In this document: positions 47,285 to 57,510 of the stretch, in pieces
Numbering within the stretch: the first letter of the stretch is position 1
Layout: each line of letters begins with the position of its first letter
Source: Candidatus Nomurabacteria bacterium RIFCSPHIGHO2_01_FULL_37_25
GTDB taxonomy: Bacteria; Patescibacteriota; Minisyncoccia; Phycocordibacterales; UBA9973
Direction of reading: 5' to 3'
Assembly (NCBI GenBank): GCA_001786765.1
Contig: MFTH01000013.1
Coordinates: 19,974-83,973, forward strand
DNA: 64,000 bases
Position numbers and translations under genes: made by a program
The notes under the pieces: model-generated
Database searches by the model: none
What the model was told of the DNA's origin: nothing
The model's input: only the letters and a program-made list of their open reading frames with translations

Positions 47285-48328
47285 ATGTCAAGTCCTAAAA
47301 CAAAAGACCCACGCGAGGGCGGGGCAAAAAAAACTGAAGACGTGATTTTAGATCAAACCCTGCGTCCCGCTCGCTGGGATGAATATATTGGCCAAAAACA
47401 CATCAAAGACAACGTTAAAATCTTGTTAAGAGCGGCAGAAGAACGCGGACATATTCCCGAACATATTCTCTTTTATGGACCCCCGGGGTTAGGCAAAACT
47501 ACCTTGGCGCATCTCATCGCCAAGGAGACTGGACGACAAATGAAGATAACTTCAGGACCAGCGATTGAAAAAGTGGGTGATTTGGCTTCTATTCTTACCA
47601 ATCTTGCCCCGGGTGATATTCTTTTTATAGATGAAATTCATAGATTAAACAAAATGGTTGAAGAAATACTTTATCCCGCTATGGAGTCCGGTGTTTTAGA
47701 TATTATCATCGGCAAAGGTCCGTCTGCTCGCACTATTCAGCTAGACCTTCCATCTTTTACGCTAATCGCGGCAACTACTCGTGTCGCTTTAATTTCCTCG
47801 CCTCTGCGTTCACGATTCTCTGGTGGAGTTTTTAGATTGGAGTTTTATTCAAATGAAGAAATTGTAAAAATAATAGAGAGGTCAAGTAAAATTCTGGATA
47901 TTATTCTAGAAAAAGAGGCTTTGGAAGAAATTGCCAAAAGAAGCAGGTTCACTCCCCGCGCGGCAAATTATTTCTTGAAACGCTGTCGTGACTTTGCTCA
48001 AGTAAATAAAAAAGGCGATAAAAAGAATTTAGATCAGAAAATAACTAAAGAGGCGCTAGATATGTTGGCAGTTGATGCTATTGGACTCAATTCTTCTGAT
48101 AGAAAATTCTTAGAAATATTAATTGAAAAATTCAACGGTGGGCCGGTGGGATTAAAAACTATGGCTGCGGCTTTATCAGAGGAAGAAGCTACAATAGAGG
48201 AAGTAATGGAGCCATATTTAATCCAGCTCGGTCTCTTGGAACGCACTGCCCGCGGCCGAGTCGCCACTAAAAAAGCCTATGAACATTTGGATTTTGAATT
48301 TACAGGAAAACAAGATAAGTTGCTATAA
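47285..48328 (+). CDS. ruvB: Holliday junction DNA helicase RuvB
   Basis: AAA+ Walker A GPPGLGKTTLA, Walker B ILFIDEIHRL, sensor motifs and a winged-helix C-terminus. Confidence 0.95.
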   Translation: MSSPKTKDPREGGAKKTEDVILDQTLRPARWDEYIGQKHIKDNVKILLRAAEERGHIPEHILFYGPPGLGKTTLAHLIAKETGRQMKITSGPAIEKVGDLASILTNLAPGDILFIDEIHRLNKMVEEILYPAMESGVLDIIIGKGPSARTIQLDLPSFTLIAATTRVALISSPLRSRFSGGVFRLEFYSNEEIVKIIERSSKILDIILEKEALEEIAKRSRFTPRAANYFLKRCRDFAQVNKKGDKKNLDQKITKEALDMLAVDAIGLNSSDRKFLEILIEKFNGGPVGLKTMAAALSEEEATIEEVMEPYLIQLGLLERTARGRVATKKAYEHLDFEFTGKQDKLL

Positions 48329-48363
48329 AATAAAACTGGGTTAAAGTGTTAAAATTATAGATT

Positions 48364-48846
48364 ATGACAAGAATATTAGGCATAGATCCTGGATTTGAGA
48401 GATTGGGAATCGCTGTTTTAGAAAAATCCCAAAAAGACAGAAAAGAAAAAATAATTTTTTCTGAATGTTTCAAAACTTCTAGTAAATTAGACTTTTCGGA
48501 GCGACTGTGTTTAATAGGCGAAGAGATAAAAAAAATAATCCAAGAATACAAGCCAGAAGTTTTGGCTATTGAAACTTTATTTTTAAACACAAACCAAAAA
48601 ACAGTCATGCATGTCGCTGAAGCGCGCGGAGTTGTGATTTACGAAGCCATACAAGCAAAACTTAAAATTTTTGAAGCGACTCCCCTGCAAGTAAAAGTGG
48701 CAACTACAGGCTACGGCAGAGCAACTAAGGAACAAATAATGAAAATGGTAAAAATATTGATTGACTTAGACAAAATAAAAAAATCGGACGACGAATTGGA
48801 CGCTATAGCTATCGCTCTGACTATCTTCGCGCATAAAAAATTTTAG
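48364..48846 (+). CDS. ruvC: Crossover junction endodeoxyribonuclease RuvC
   Basis: ILGIDPGFERLGIAVLE; catalytic acidic residues; …DELDAIAIALT…. Confidence 0.9.
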   Translation: MTRILGIDPGFERLGIAVLEKSQKDRKEKIIFSECFKTSSKLDFSERLCLIGEEIKKIIQEYKPEVLAIETLFLNTNQKTVMHVAEARGVVIYEAIQAKLKIFEATPLQVKVATTGYGRATKEQIMKMVKILIDLDKIKKSDDELDAIAIALTIFAHKKF

Positions 48847-48934
48847 TTATCCACACATTGAGTCTTTTTGCTATTGCCAACTATTTTAGATTTTGATACA
48901 AAATAGGAGTTATTAATAATAATTTATAAATTAT

Positions 48935-49069
48935 ATGAATTATGAAGATGACGAAGTAGTAAATGGTTTAAAAATAAATTTTGAAGGTGAAGATGATGAA
49001 CCTTTAGATCCGCCGGAAGAAATAAATGACTTTGGTCTAGACGAAGAAGACCCTGATAGAGATAGCTAG
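48935..49069 (+). CDS. Small acidic ORF (44 aa), speculative
   Basis: MNYEDDEVVNGLKINFEGEDDEPLDPPEEINDFGLDEEDPDRDS. A weak TAGGAG lies 25 nt upstream. Intergenic, between ruvC and tyrS. Confidence 0.2.
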   Translation: MNYEDDEVVNGLKINFEGEDDEPLDPPEEINDFGLDEEDPDRDS

Positions 49070-50244
49070 CTGGAGTTATTAAAAAATCTTCCAAATCTGC
49101 GTTTGCCTATTTTTAATCTAGTTCCAGAGTTTGGAATAATGTTTGAGTCTGACACAGACTCTCCTGAGTCTAGATTTGTGATTGCTTTCTCTTTTACTAA
49201 TCTTCTAAAATCAGCCCTTGATGAGACAACACCGCTTGAAACAACAGCATCCATAAGAGTATTCCCTCTCATTTCTATCATCTCTTCCGGGGTTTCTTTT
49301 TTCTGAAACGTGTTTTCCCATATCTCTTGCGTTTTTTTAGCTTGATTAGCATCATTCAAATCCTTAACAATCTCAAAGGCAAGCCTCTTTTTGTCCTCAA
49401 GCGGGTTTTGCTTCGGAATTTCTTCCATTGGTATTGTAGTTAACGTCTCAAAACATACAGTGACTACTTCGTCTGGAAAAGCCATTATTTTGCCAAATAA
49501 ATCTTCTGGTTTATCATCTAGAGCAATAGAATTACCTTCAGTTTTACCTATTTTCACGCCTTGTTTGTCTTCTAAAAGTTTTGTGGTCATAACAAACTTT
49601 TCTTTTTTTAACATCTGTCTCATGAGTTTCCGGCCCATCATCATGTTAAACATTTGGTCCCTCCCTCCTACTTCTAAATCAACAGCCATAGCGACTGAGT
49701 CATAAGCTTGCATGACCGGGTATAGAAATTCGCTGGTGTTTATCTCTTGACCCAATTTTAGTCTTTCTTGAAACATATCTCTCTCAATGACTTGACTATA
49801 AGTTAAATTCCCTGCGATTTGTAAAAACTCCACTGCGCTTAACTTTCCCAACCAGTCACCATTAAAAAGTACTTCGGCTGGGTTCTCTCCTTCAAATCTA
49901 AGAATTTTACCTGCTTGTTTTTTATAATTTTTAGCGTTGGTTATGGTCTCTTCATGGGTTAATACTTTTCTAGATGAAAGTTTCCCGGACGGATCACCAA
50001 TCATTGCAGTATAATCTCCAATCAAAAAGATAACCTGATGGCCCAATGCCTGCCACTGGGCAAGTTTTCGCAAACCAACCATATGACCAATATGGAGTTT
50101 ATCCCCTGTTGGGTCAAATCCTTGATATAGACGGAGTTTTTTACCAGACATTAAAACTTTTTCAAGCGTGGACTTGTCGGGATATATTTTTTCTACCCCG
50201 CGAGTTAACAATTCGTCTATTTTGTGTTTATCTATCATAGACAA
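49066..50244 (-). CDS. tyrS: Tyrosine--tRNA ligase
   Basis: HIGH-class motif GFDPTGDKLHIGHMVGL; KMSKS-type motif KIGKTEGNS. 392 aa. Confidence 0.85.
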   Translation of the reverse strand: MSMIDKHKIDELLTRGVEKIYPDKSTLEKVLMSGKKLRLYQGFDPTGDKLHIGHMVGLRKLAQWQALGHQVIFLIGDYTAMIGDPSGKLSSRKVLTHEETITNAKNYKKQAGKILRFEGENPAEVLFNGDWLGKLSAVEFLQIAGNLTYSQVIERDMFQERLKLGQEINTSEFLYPVMQAYDSVAMAVDLEVGGRDQMFNMMMGRKLMRQMLKKEKFVMTTKLLEDKQGVKIGKTEGNSIALDDKPEDLFGKIMAFPDEVVTVCFETLTTIPMEEIPKQNPLEDKKRLAFEIVKDLNDANQAKKTQEIWENTFQKKETPEEMIEMRGNTLMDAVVSSGVVSSRADFRRLVKEKAITNLDSGESVSDSNIIPNSGTRLKIGKRRFGRFFNNSS

Positions 50245-50304
50245 ACATTATCATAATAAAGAGAAAATCTCAAAAACCTGTTACGAAGTAAACAATTTTC
50301 TGTT

Positions 50305-52842
50305 ATGATTAAAGAAATGAAAAAATTAGTTAAAAATAAAAGATTTTGGAAAAATATACTGTTGTTTTCCTCCAGTATTTTTCTTTTAATAATCGTAATA
50401 ATAATTATTTGGCTTTCTTCTCTTAAGATACCGGATTTTAGTTCTTTTCAGGACAGAAAGGTTGTTAATTCAACAAAAATATACGATCGGACTGGAGAAA
50501 TCTTGCTCTATAATATACACCAAGACACAAAAAGGACCGACATAGCTTCGGAAGCCATGGGAATAAATATCAGGAATGCTACGGTAGCGATTGAAGATTC
50601 TGAGTTTTATAATCATAGCGGAGTGCGCATTACTTCTACAATTCGCGCGGTTTTTTCAAATATATTCGGTCTTGGAATAGGTGGTGGTGGGTCAACCATA
50701 ACTCAACAATTGGTAAAAAATACATTGCTAACTCAAAGTAGTGGTTTTGGCAAGTATGTAAGGAAAATAAAAGAATGGGTGCTAGCAATAAAAATAGATG
50801 GGTCAATGTCAAAAGAAAAAATTCTGGAATACTATCTAAATGAAAATCCTTATGGTGGAAATATCTATGGAATAGATCAAGCCAGCAAAACTTACTTTGA
50901 TAAAAATCCAATTGACCTGACGCTTGCCGAAGCCGCTTATTTGGCGGCCATACCGCAATCTCCAACAATACTGTCGCCTTATGGGAAAAATAAAATCAAA
51001 CTAGAGGCTAGAAAAAATTTAGTGCTTTCCAGAATGCTCGAACTTAATTTTATAAAAAAAGAAGAATATGATGAGGCAAAAAAAGAAGTGGTGGTTTTTG
51101 TTCCGCAAGCAACCTTGGGAATAAAGGCGGCGCATTTTGTTTTTTTTATTAAAGATTATCTTGAACAAAAATATGGCAGTGAAATGATAGAAAAAGGCGG
51201 GCTTAAAGTCACAACAACATTGGATTACAATTTGCAAGAGAAAGGAGAGCAAATCGTCAAAGAAGGCGCATTGCAAAATGAGAAAACTTGGAATGGAGAA
51301 AATGCCAGCCTAGTAGCGATAGATCCCAAGACAGGTCAGATTCTGACAATGATAGGTTCTCGAGATTATTTTGACAAAGAAATAGATGGAAATTTTAATG
51401 TAGCCGTCGCTTCTAGACAACCGGGTTCCTCTTTTAAGCCTTTTATATACGCCACAGCTTTTCAGAAAGGCTTTACGCCTGAAACAGTGCTCTTTGATCT
51501 GCCTACAGAATTCCAAACTACTTGTAATGCTTATGGCAAAGCTCTGCCTGGACACAATCAAAAAGATTGTTATATGCCTGATAATTATGATGGAAAATTC
51601 CGTGGGCCGATGAGCCTTCGAGATGCTTTGGCGCAATCAATCAATGTCGTCGCGGTAAAACTTTTCTATTTAGCCGGAACTTCTGATTCATTAAAAACAG
51701 CGGAGGATCTGGGTATCAGCACTTTAAGTGATGTCGGACGATATGGACTTACCTTGGTTATCGGAGGCGGAGAAGTATCGCTTCTTGACATGACGTCTGC
51801 TTACGGAGTTTTTGCAAATGATGGTGTTCGCAATCCTTATACTGGAATCCTAAAAATTGAAGATAGAAACGGAAAAATTTTAGAAGAGTACATACCAAAG
51901 ACACAAGAAGTTTTACCTAAAAATACTGCATTGACTATTTCAGATGTTCTATCAGACGAAAAAGCGCGTGTGCCGACTTTTGGAGCGCATTCAGCCCTTT
52001 TTATACCCGAGAGAGATGTGGCTGTAAAAACTGGAACAACAAACAACAATAGAGATGCTTGGACTATTGGCTATACACCATCTATCGTTGTTGGAGTATG
52101 GGCTGGTAATAATGATAATAAGGTTATGAAAAAAGGAGGAGTCGCCGTAGCTGGACCCATTTGGAATAAATTTATAAATGAAGCGTTAAAAACTTTGCCT
52201 AATGAAAAATTAGAAAAACCAAACTTGGATATTGACCCAACTGCAATAAAACCAATACTGCGCGGATTTTGGCAAGGAAATGAAAGCTTTTTTATAGATA
52301 AAATTTCCGGGAAATTGGCAACCGCTAATACCCCAAAAGAAACCACACTAGAGAAAGTCCTCACCAATGTACGCTCAATTCTTTACTGGATAGATAAAAA
52401 TAATATAACGGGAACCTCGCTTACAAATCTATCCAATGATCCGCAGTTTAACCACTGGGATATACCTATACAAAATTGGTGGGCGCAAAATCGCGGACGA
52501 TATGCAATAACAACTCTAAACAACAAACCAAACGCAAAAGATGACGTGCATACTAATTCATCAAAACCGATCATTACAATCATTGAACCAAACATAAATA
52601 CCACCTATTCACCTGACCAAAAAATAAATCTAAAAATTTCAAGTTCTGGAATTTATCCTCTTCTTAAAATAGATGCTTTTATAAACGATACATATTTAGA
52701 AACCCTGCGAGCTCCTTTTGTTTTTTCTTTCACTCCTTCTAAATTAGAAAACCTGCAAATAGAAAATGAATTAAAAATAATCGCCTACGACAATGTTTAT
52801 AACAGCAGTGAAACAACTTTAATATTCAAAGTTCAAGAATAA
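50305..52842 (+). CDS. Class A penicillin-binding protein (glycosyltransferase plus transpeptidase) with a C-terminal extension
   Basis: N-terminal TM helix. GT51 motifs (EDSEFYNHSGV, GGSTITQQLVKN). Transpeptidase SxxK (…PGSSFKPF…), SxN and KTGT motifs. About 200 extra C-terminal residues. Confidence 0.9.
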   Translation: MIKEMKKLVKNKRFWKNILLFSSSIFLLIIVIIIIWLSSLKIPDFSSFQDRKVVNSTKIYDRTGEILLYNIHQDTKRTDIASEAMGINIRNATVAIEDSEFYNHSGVRITSTIRAVFSNIFGLGIGGGGSTITQQLVKNTLLTQSSGFGKYVRKIKEWVLAIKIDGSMSKEKILEYYLNENPYGGNIYGIDQASKTYFDKNPIDLTLAEAAYLAAIPQSPTILSPYGKNKIKLEARKNLVLSRMLELNFIKKEEYDEAKKEVVVFVPQATLGIKAAHFVFFIKDYLEQKYGSEMIEKGGLKVTTTLDYNLQEKGEQIVKEGALQNEKTWNGENASLVAIDPKTGQILTMIGSRDYFDKEIDGNFNVAVASRQPGSSFKPFIYATAFQKGFTPETVLFDLPTEFQTTCNAYGKALPGHNQKDCYMPDNYDGKFRGPMSLRDALAQSINVVAVKLFYLAGTSDSLKTAEDLGISTLSDVGRYGLTLVIGGGEVSLLDMTSAYGVFANDGVRNPYTGILKIEDRNGKILEEYIPKTQEVLPKNTALTISDVLSDEKARVPTFGAHSALFIPERDVAVKTGTTNNNRDAWTIGYTPSIVVGVWAGNNDNKVMKKGGVAVAGPIWNKFINEALKTLPNEKLEKPNLDIDPTAIKPILRGFWQGNESFFIDKISGKLATANTPKETTLEKVLTNVRSILYWIDKNNITGTSLTNLSNDPQFNHWDIPIQNWWAQNRGRYAITTLNNKPNAKDDVHTNSSKPIITIIEPNINTTYSPDQKINLKISSSGIYPLLKIDAFINDTYLETLRAPFVFSFTPSKLENLQIENELKIIAYDNVYNSSETTLIFKVQE

Positions 52843-52860
52843 AACTTCTGTTTTATCGTG

Positions 52861-53640
52861 TTATTGTCTCAAACCGAGACCACTGCGAAGAAAATACAAA
52901 TTGACCAAAAGGAGAATACTAGCGAGACTAAATAAAACGAGTATGCAAATGAAAAGTGAGACGTCGGCTGTGCCGAGAAAACCATAACGGAATCCATTGA
53001 TAAGATAGAAAATCGGGTTTATAAGCGAAACATTTTGCCATAAAGGTGGAAGCGAATGAATAGAGTAGAAAACACCGCCTAGATAGACAAGCGGTGTGAG
53101 CACAAAGGTTGGAATAATAGAAATACCGTCAAAACTTTTAGCATATATGCCATTGACGAGTCCCAGAAGGGCAAAAACGAGCGAGGAGAGAAAGAGAAAG
53201 AGAAAAACAACGAATGGATGCGCGATCGCTGGAAGCGCGAAAAAGAGAGAAACAATAAGCACAAGAACACCGACTAGCATTCCTCGCGCCACGCCACTTG
53301 CAACAAAACCAGCGATGATGATCCACGGTGGTGTGGGTGATACAAGAATTTCATCTATATTGCGCGAAAAGAATTTAGATATAAAAAAAGTGGTTGCGAC
53401 ATCTGTAAAAGAGTTCGTGATAACAGCGAGCATAACGAGTCCCGGAACAACAAAAAGAATATAGGGAACGCCATTTAATTCTCCAATACGTGAGCCGAGG
53501 ATGTTTCCGAATACAGCGAAATAAAGCACTGAAGTAACGACGGAGGGCAGAAGAGTCTGCGACCAAATACGCATAATGCGCACGATGCCTTTACGTAAAA
53601 TAGTATAGAAAGAGATAAATTGTTTTTTCTTGAGAGACAT
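52861..53640 (-). CDS. ABC-2 family transporter permease
   Basis: Six predicted TM helices, ABC-2 type. Confidence 0.8.
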   Translation of the reverse strand: MSLKKKQFISFYTILRKGIVRIMRIWSQTLLPSVVTSVLYFAVFGNILGSRIGELNGVPYILFVVPGLVMLAVITNSFTDVATTFFISKFFSRNIDEILVSPTPPWIIIAGFVASGVARGMLVGVLVLIVSLFFALPAIAHPFVVFLFLFLSSLVFALLGLVNGIYAKSFDGISIIPTFVLTPLVYLGGVFYSIHSLPPLWQNVSLINPIFYLINGFRYGFLGTADVSLFICILVLFSLASILLLVNLYFLRSGLGLRQ

Positions 53641-53641
53641 A

Positions 53642-54403
53642 TTAAGAACCGCTACTAGTTAGTTTTATAAATACATCCTCCAGCTTGCCACCACTATATC
53701 CATTTTGTGGCATAGAAGTGTCGTGCATAGCTAGTATCTCGTCCATAGTGCCACTCGCAATTATTTTACCCTTATTAATAATAGCGACATGCTTGGCAAG
53801 TTGTTCGGCTTCTTCAAGATAGTGTGTCGTGAGAAGAATTGTGATGCCTTGTTTGGTGAGAGTTGTAAGGTAATCCCACATACTCCGACGAAGTTCCACA
53901 TCCACACCCGCTGTTGGTTCGTCAAGAATTAGAAATTTTGGTTCGTGGATAAGCGCGCGCGCTATCATGAGACGGCGCTTCATACCACCCGAGAGTTTGA
54001 AGCCTATCTGGTCGCCCTTGTCAGCAAGACCGAGGTCTTCGAGCAGTTTTTTCGCGCGTGGGATAGCGACCGAACGTGGAATGCCATAATACCCAGCCTG
54101 ATTCACCACAATGTCTAGTGGTTTCATAAAAGGGTCAAAATTCACTTCTTGCCCGCAAAGTCCAATCATTTCTCTAGCGCGCTCTGCTTCCTTATCAATA
54201 TCTACGCCAAACACTTCTACTTTTCCAGCTGTTTTTGTGACAAGACCAGTGACAATGCCAATGAGAGTTGTCTTACCAGCGCCATTGGGACCGAGAAGAG
54301 CAAAAAAATCTCCTGCTGGTATTGTGAGGGAGACATCTTTTAGCGCTTCGGGGCCGTGAGCATACTTTTTTTGTAGATTGGTAACGATAAGAGCGTTTTG
54401 CAT
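53642..54403 (-). CDS. ABC transporter ATP-binding protein
   Basis: Walker A GPNGAGKTT, signature LSGGMKRRL, Walker B LILDEPTAGVD. Confidence 0.9.
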   Translation of the reverse strand: MQNALIVTNLQKKYAHGPEALKDVSLTIPAGDFFALLGPNGAGKTTLIGIVTGLVTKTAGKVEVFGVDIDKEAERAREMIGLCGQEVNFDPFMKPLDIVVNQAGYYGIPRSVAIPRAKKLLEDLGLADKGDQIGFKLSGGMKRRLMIARALIHEPKFLILDEPTAGVDVELRRSMWDYLTTLTKQGITILLTTHYLEEAEQLAKHVAIINKGKIIASGTMDEILAMHDTSMPQNGYSGGKLEDVFIKLTSSGS

Positions 54404-54439
54404 ATTTATATATTTATATAATAGATATTGCTATATAGA

Positions 54440-55537
54440 TTATCTATTCATCGGCATTATAAGATAAAGAAATGATGTATCCCCCACTGAAGACACCACT
54501 ATGGGGTTGCTAGGACCAAAGAATTTTATAGATATGCTATCGGTAATGATTGACTGGAAACAATCTAAAAAATATTTGTAATTAAAACCAAGCTCAACAT
54601 TTTCTCCTGTTATGGCGGCATCCAAATATGTTTTATTTTCTCCGATATCATTATTGGAAGACGAAAGCTCAAAAATTTTTTCTTTTGGTTTAATAACCAG
54701 ATTTACTTGATTAAATTTACCTGAAAAGATATTGGAAAGTTTAAGCGCGTTTAACAGGTCTTGTTTTAGCACTATGGCATTAGTTCCTGAAGTTTTGGGG
54801 ATGATTTGACGATAATCTGGAAAAACTCCATCAATTACCCGCGAAGTTAGATAAAAATCATCGGACGAAAAAGAAATTTGGTTTTTGTTAAAACATACTT
54901 TTATAATCGAAGTGGATTCCCCAAAAACTCGGAGTATTTCAGAAATATTTTTAAACGGAATAAGAATACCTGCTATTTCAGGAAGTCCTTTTATTTTTAT
55001 TTTTTTCTCAGACAGCCTAAAAGAGTCTGTGGAAACAAAAACCAAGTTGTCCTCATTTGTATATATAAAAACGCTTGAAATTTCAGGTTTTATATCAGAA
55101 ACAGAAGAGCTGTAATAAACTGATTTTATTCCCTCTATTAATTTTTTTGATTCTATTTCAAAACTTGTTCCCACCACCTTCGGTATTGTTGGGAAGTCTT
55201 CGTGCGGTTGCCCTTTTAGTTTTATCTTGCTTTTTTTGGTTTGGATGAGTAAATTACCATCAACACTTTCCAGATAAATATTTTCATTTTGAAAAACATT
55301 GGAAAAAATGCCATTTAATACCGACCCAGAAACCGCGACAATGCCTTCTTTTTCTATTTTTGCTGGAATTTCAACCTCAATACCAAGACTCAAGTTTGTA
55401 GATCTAAGTTTTAAAGATTTTAGAGAGGCAATAAGTAAAATTGAATTTAAAATCGGTAAAGTTAAATTTTTACCTGTAATTTTTTCCACTTGTAAAATTT
55501 TATTTTTTATTTCTTCAATTTTGCATTCTAGTTTCAT
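54440..55537 (-). CDS. dnaN: DNA polymerase III beta subunit (sliding clamp)
   Basis: 365 aa, three-domain clamp pattern, N-terminus MKLECKIEEIKNKILQVEKITGKN…LPILNSILL. Lies immediately downstream of dnaA. Confidence 0.85.
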   Translation of the reverse strand: MKLECKIEEIKNKILQVEKITGKNLTLPILNSILLIASLKSLKLRSTNLSLGIEVEIPAKIEKEGIVAVSGSVLNGIFSNVFQNENIYLESVDGNLLIQTKKSKIKLKGQPHEDFPTIPKVVGTSFEIESKKLIEGIKSVYYSSSVSDIKPEISSVFIYTNEDNLVFVSTDSFRLSEKKIKIKGLPEIAGILIPFKNISEILRVFGESTSIIKVCFNKNQISFSSDDFYLTSRVIDGVFPDYRQIIPKTSGTNAIVLKQDLLNALKLSNIFSGKFNQVNLVIKPKEKIFELSSSNNDIGENKTYLDAAITGENVELGFNYKYFLDCFQSIITDSISIKFFGPSNPIVVSSVGDTSFLYLIMPMNR

Positions 55538-55786
55538 CCCGTTTAGAAGTTTTCCTGATTTTACTTAATTTTATTAAATAATATCAGATAACTTGAATTA
55601 TTTTTTTTTATAATCTTTCCCCGAAAGGTATCTTCTAACGGGATTCATGTTTATATTTTATATATTTAATTTATTAATACTATTAGATACCTTGATAAGT
55701 GGATAACTCGTTTTGTTTTTAATTTATAAAGCTATTTTTTAATTTTTGTTTTTAATTTAAGTCTAATAACTTATAATAACTTTTAT
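55538..55786. promoter_or_regulatory. AT-rich dnaA-dnaN spacer with a paired DnaA-box-like site and the TCTAACGGGATTCAT motif; possible second oriC module
   Basis: TTGATAAGTGGATAAC at about 55692-55707; TCTAACGGGATTCATG at about 55642-55657; very AT-rich. Confidence 0.45.
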
Positions 55787-57130
55787 TTACTTAAACATAA
55801 TTCGTATTTGCTCCAGTTCTTGTAAAAGTTGTGAGTCGTTTTTGAGATCGTTTTTAATTTTTATACAGGAATGTATTACTGTTGTGTGGTCTTTCCCGCC
55901 CAGCTTTTCCCCAATCAACGGATATGATATATTAAAGTCTTCTCGAAGTAAATACATAACCACTTGTCTTGCTTTGACGATATCTTTTTTTCTGGTTTTT
56001 TCATAAACTGAAGCTTCTTCTAATTTATAATATTCACTCACTATTTTCACAACATCTTTTATTGCTATATTTTTTTTAGGCTTCATGTTGTTTTTTAGCA
56101 AGTTTTTTACTTCAATGAGAGTTAAAGGCTTGTTTTTCAAGCGATAATGGCAAACTATAATATTCAAACTCCCCTCAAGCTCTCGAATATTGCCATCTAC
56201 CGACAGAGCCACATACTCTAGTATTTCTTGGTCTAGGTCAATATCAAGTTCTTTTAATTTTACTTTTAAAATCGCAAGACGAGCCTCATACTCTGGCGGA
56301 GAGATATCTACTATCATTCCGGCCGCAAAACGAGACTTTAAACGGTCAGCCAATTCCGGAATGTAATTTGGATGTTTATCAGAAGAAAAAATAATTTGCT
56401 TGTTATTTTCGTGAAAAGTGTTGAATGTGTGGAAAAGTTCTTCCTGAATTTTTTCCATTTTGCCGATGAATTGAATGTCGTCTATGATTAAGAGGTCGTA
56501 TTTGCGATATTTTTCTTTAAAAGAATTTGCTTTATTGCTTTGAAGCGAGCTGATAAAATCAGTAGCGAATTTCTCCAAAGTCATATAGTGGACCTTTTTG
56601 TTTGGGTATTTATCTTTTATTGAATTTCCTACCGCTTGAATTAAATGAGTTTTACCGAGACCGGTGCCTCCATAGATAAAAAAAGGGTTGTATTTCGTGC
56701 CGGGATTATCTATTATGGCGAGACTCGCGGCGTACGCGAGCTCGTTGAAAGTTCCCACAATAAAAGAATTAAAATGATAGCGCGGATTCAAATTATTTTC
56801 TGGATTTATGTAAAGATCTCGCAAGGGCAGTTCTTTGTTTACGCTTGTTTCTATTATTGTTGTCGTTTTTTCTTTATTGTTTTCTATTTTAGTGATGGTG
56901 TATTCCACTGCGCGCATATTTTCATACGCATCGGCTATGGTTTTTGTGATAAGTTTGTGGTATTTATTTATGAGCCAATCGCGAACAAACTCATTTGGCA
57001 CACCAATATAGATGATGCCTGTGTCTTCTTTAACAATGGATGTATTTTTAAACCACGTGCTGAAATTTGCCTTTGACATGCCCGCCTCTATTTCTACCAG
57101 ACAATTTTTCCAAAGCTGTGTTGTGTTCAT
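55787..57130 (-). CDS. dnaA: Chromosomal replication initiator protein DnaA
   Basis: AAA+ Walker A GGTGLGKTHL; DnaA signature regions; C-terminal DNA-binding domain (…VVMYLLREDFNISYPLIGEKLGGKDHTTVIH…). Confidence 0.95.
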   Translation of the reverse strand: MNTTQLWKNCLVEIEAGMSKANFSTWFKNTSIVKEDTGIIYIGVPNEFVRDWLINKYHKLITKTIADAYENMRAVEYTITKIENNKEKTTTIIETSVNKELPLRDLYINPENNLNPRYHFNSFIVGTFNELAYAASLAIIDNPGTKYNPFFIYGGTGLGKTHLIQAVGNSIKDKYPNKKVHYMTLEKFATDFISSLQSNKANSFKEKYRKYDLLIIDDIQFIGKMEKIQEELFHTFNTFHENNKQIIFSSDKHPNYIPELADRLKSRFAAGMIVDISPPEYEARLAILKVKLKELDIDLDQEILEYVALSVDGNIRELEGSLNIIVCHYRLKNKPLTLIEVKNLLKNNMKPKKNIAIKDVVKIVSEYYKLEEASVYEKTRKKDIVKARQVVMYLLREDFNISYPLIGEKLGGKDHTTVIHSCIKIKNDLKNDSQLLQELEQIRIMFK

Positions 57131-57311
57131 CCTATTAGAAAGCGACTAAATAATAATTTTACTATTGACCATGCCCCGTAAATTTCTAACGGGATTCATT
57201 AGTCTCATATTATACTATTTTTGTTTAACAAAAAAACTCTTGTAAATAGATGAAAACTTATTAACTCTGTTGATAAGCTGTGGATAAAAATTTTAGATTC
57301 TAAGTCACTTT

Positions 57312-57446
57312 GAATTACAAAACTCGTCGAAGGCATGTCTTTTTTAGGGGGTTTCGAGGCTGACGAGCCGAGAACTTCAGGATTTTTCAAGCTTCGAAAA
57401 ATCCGTACCCTAGAAAAAGACATGCCTAGAAAGAGTTTCGTAATTC
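57312..57446. repeat. Nested-hairpin repeat element, copy 4 (B-type arms), inside the oriC region
   Basis: gaattacaaaactcgtcgaaggcatgtcttttttaGGGGGTTTCGAGGCTGaCGAGCCGAGAACTTCAGGATTTTTcAAGCTTCGAAAAATCCGTACCCtagaaaaagacatgcctagaaagagtttcgtaattc. Confidence 0.8.
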
Positions 57447-57510
57447 ACGACTTAAGTCAGTATAAAAAAAGTAGGCATATCTCACGGTGGAGACACGCCT
57501 GATTGATTGG

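Noticed and set aside
57312-57446. Hammerhead ribozyme core in the repeat element (CUGACGAG … CGAAAC in copy 4)
   Set aside because: Copies 1-3 have CUG(G/U)CGA, which lacks the invariant A6 of the CUGANGA box, and the GAAAC lies in the arm rather than after stem II. The resemblance is not conserved across copies.
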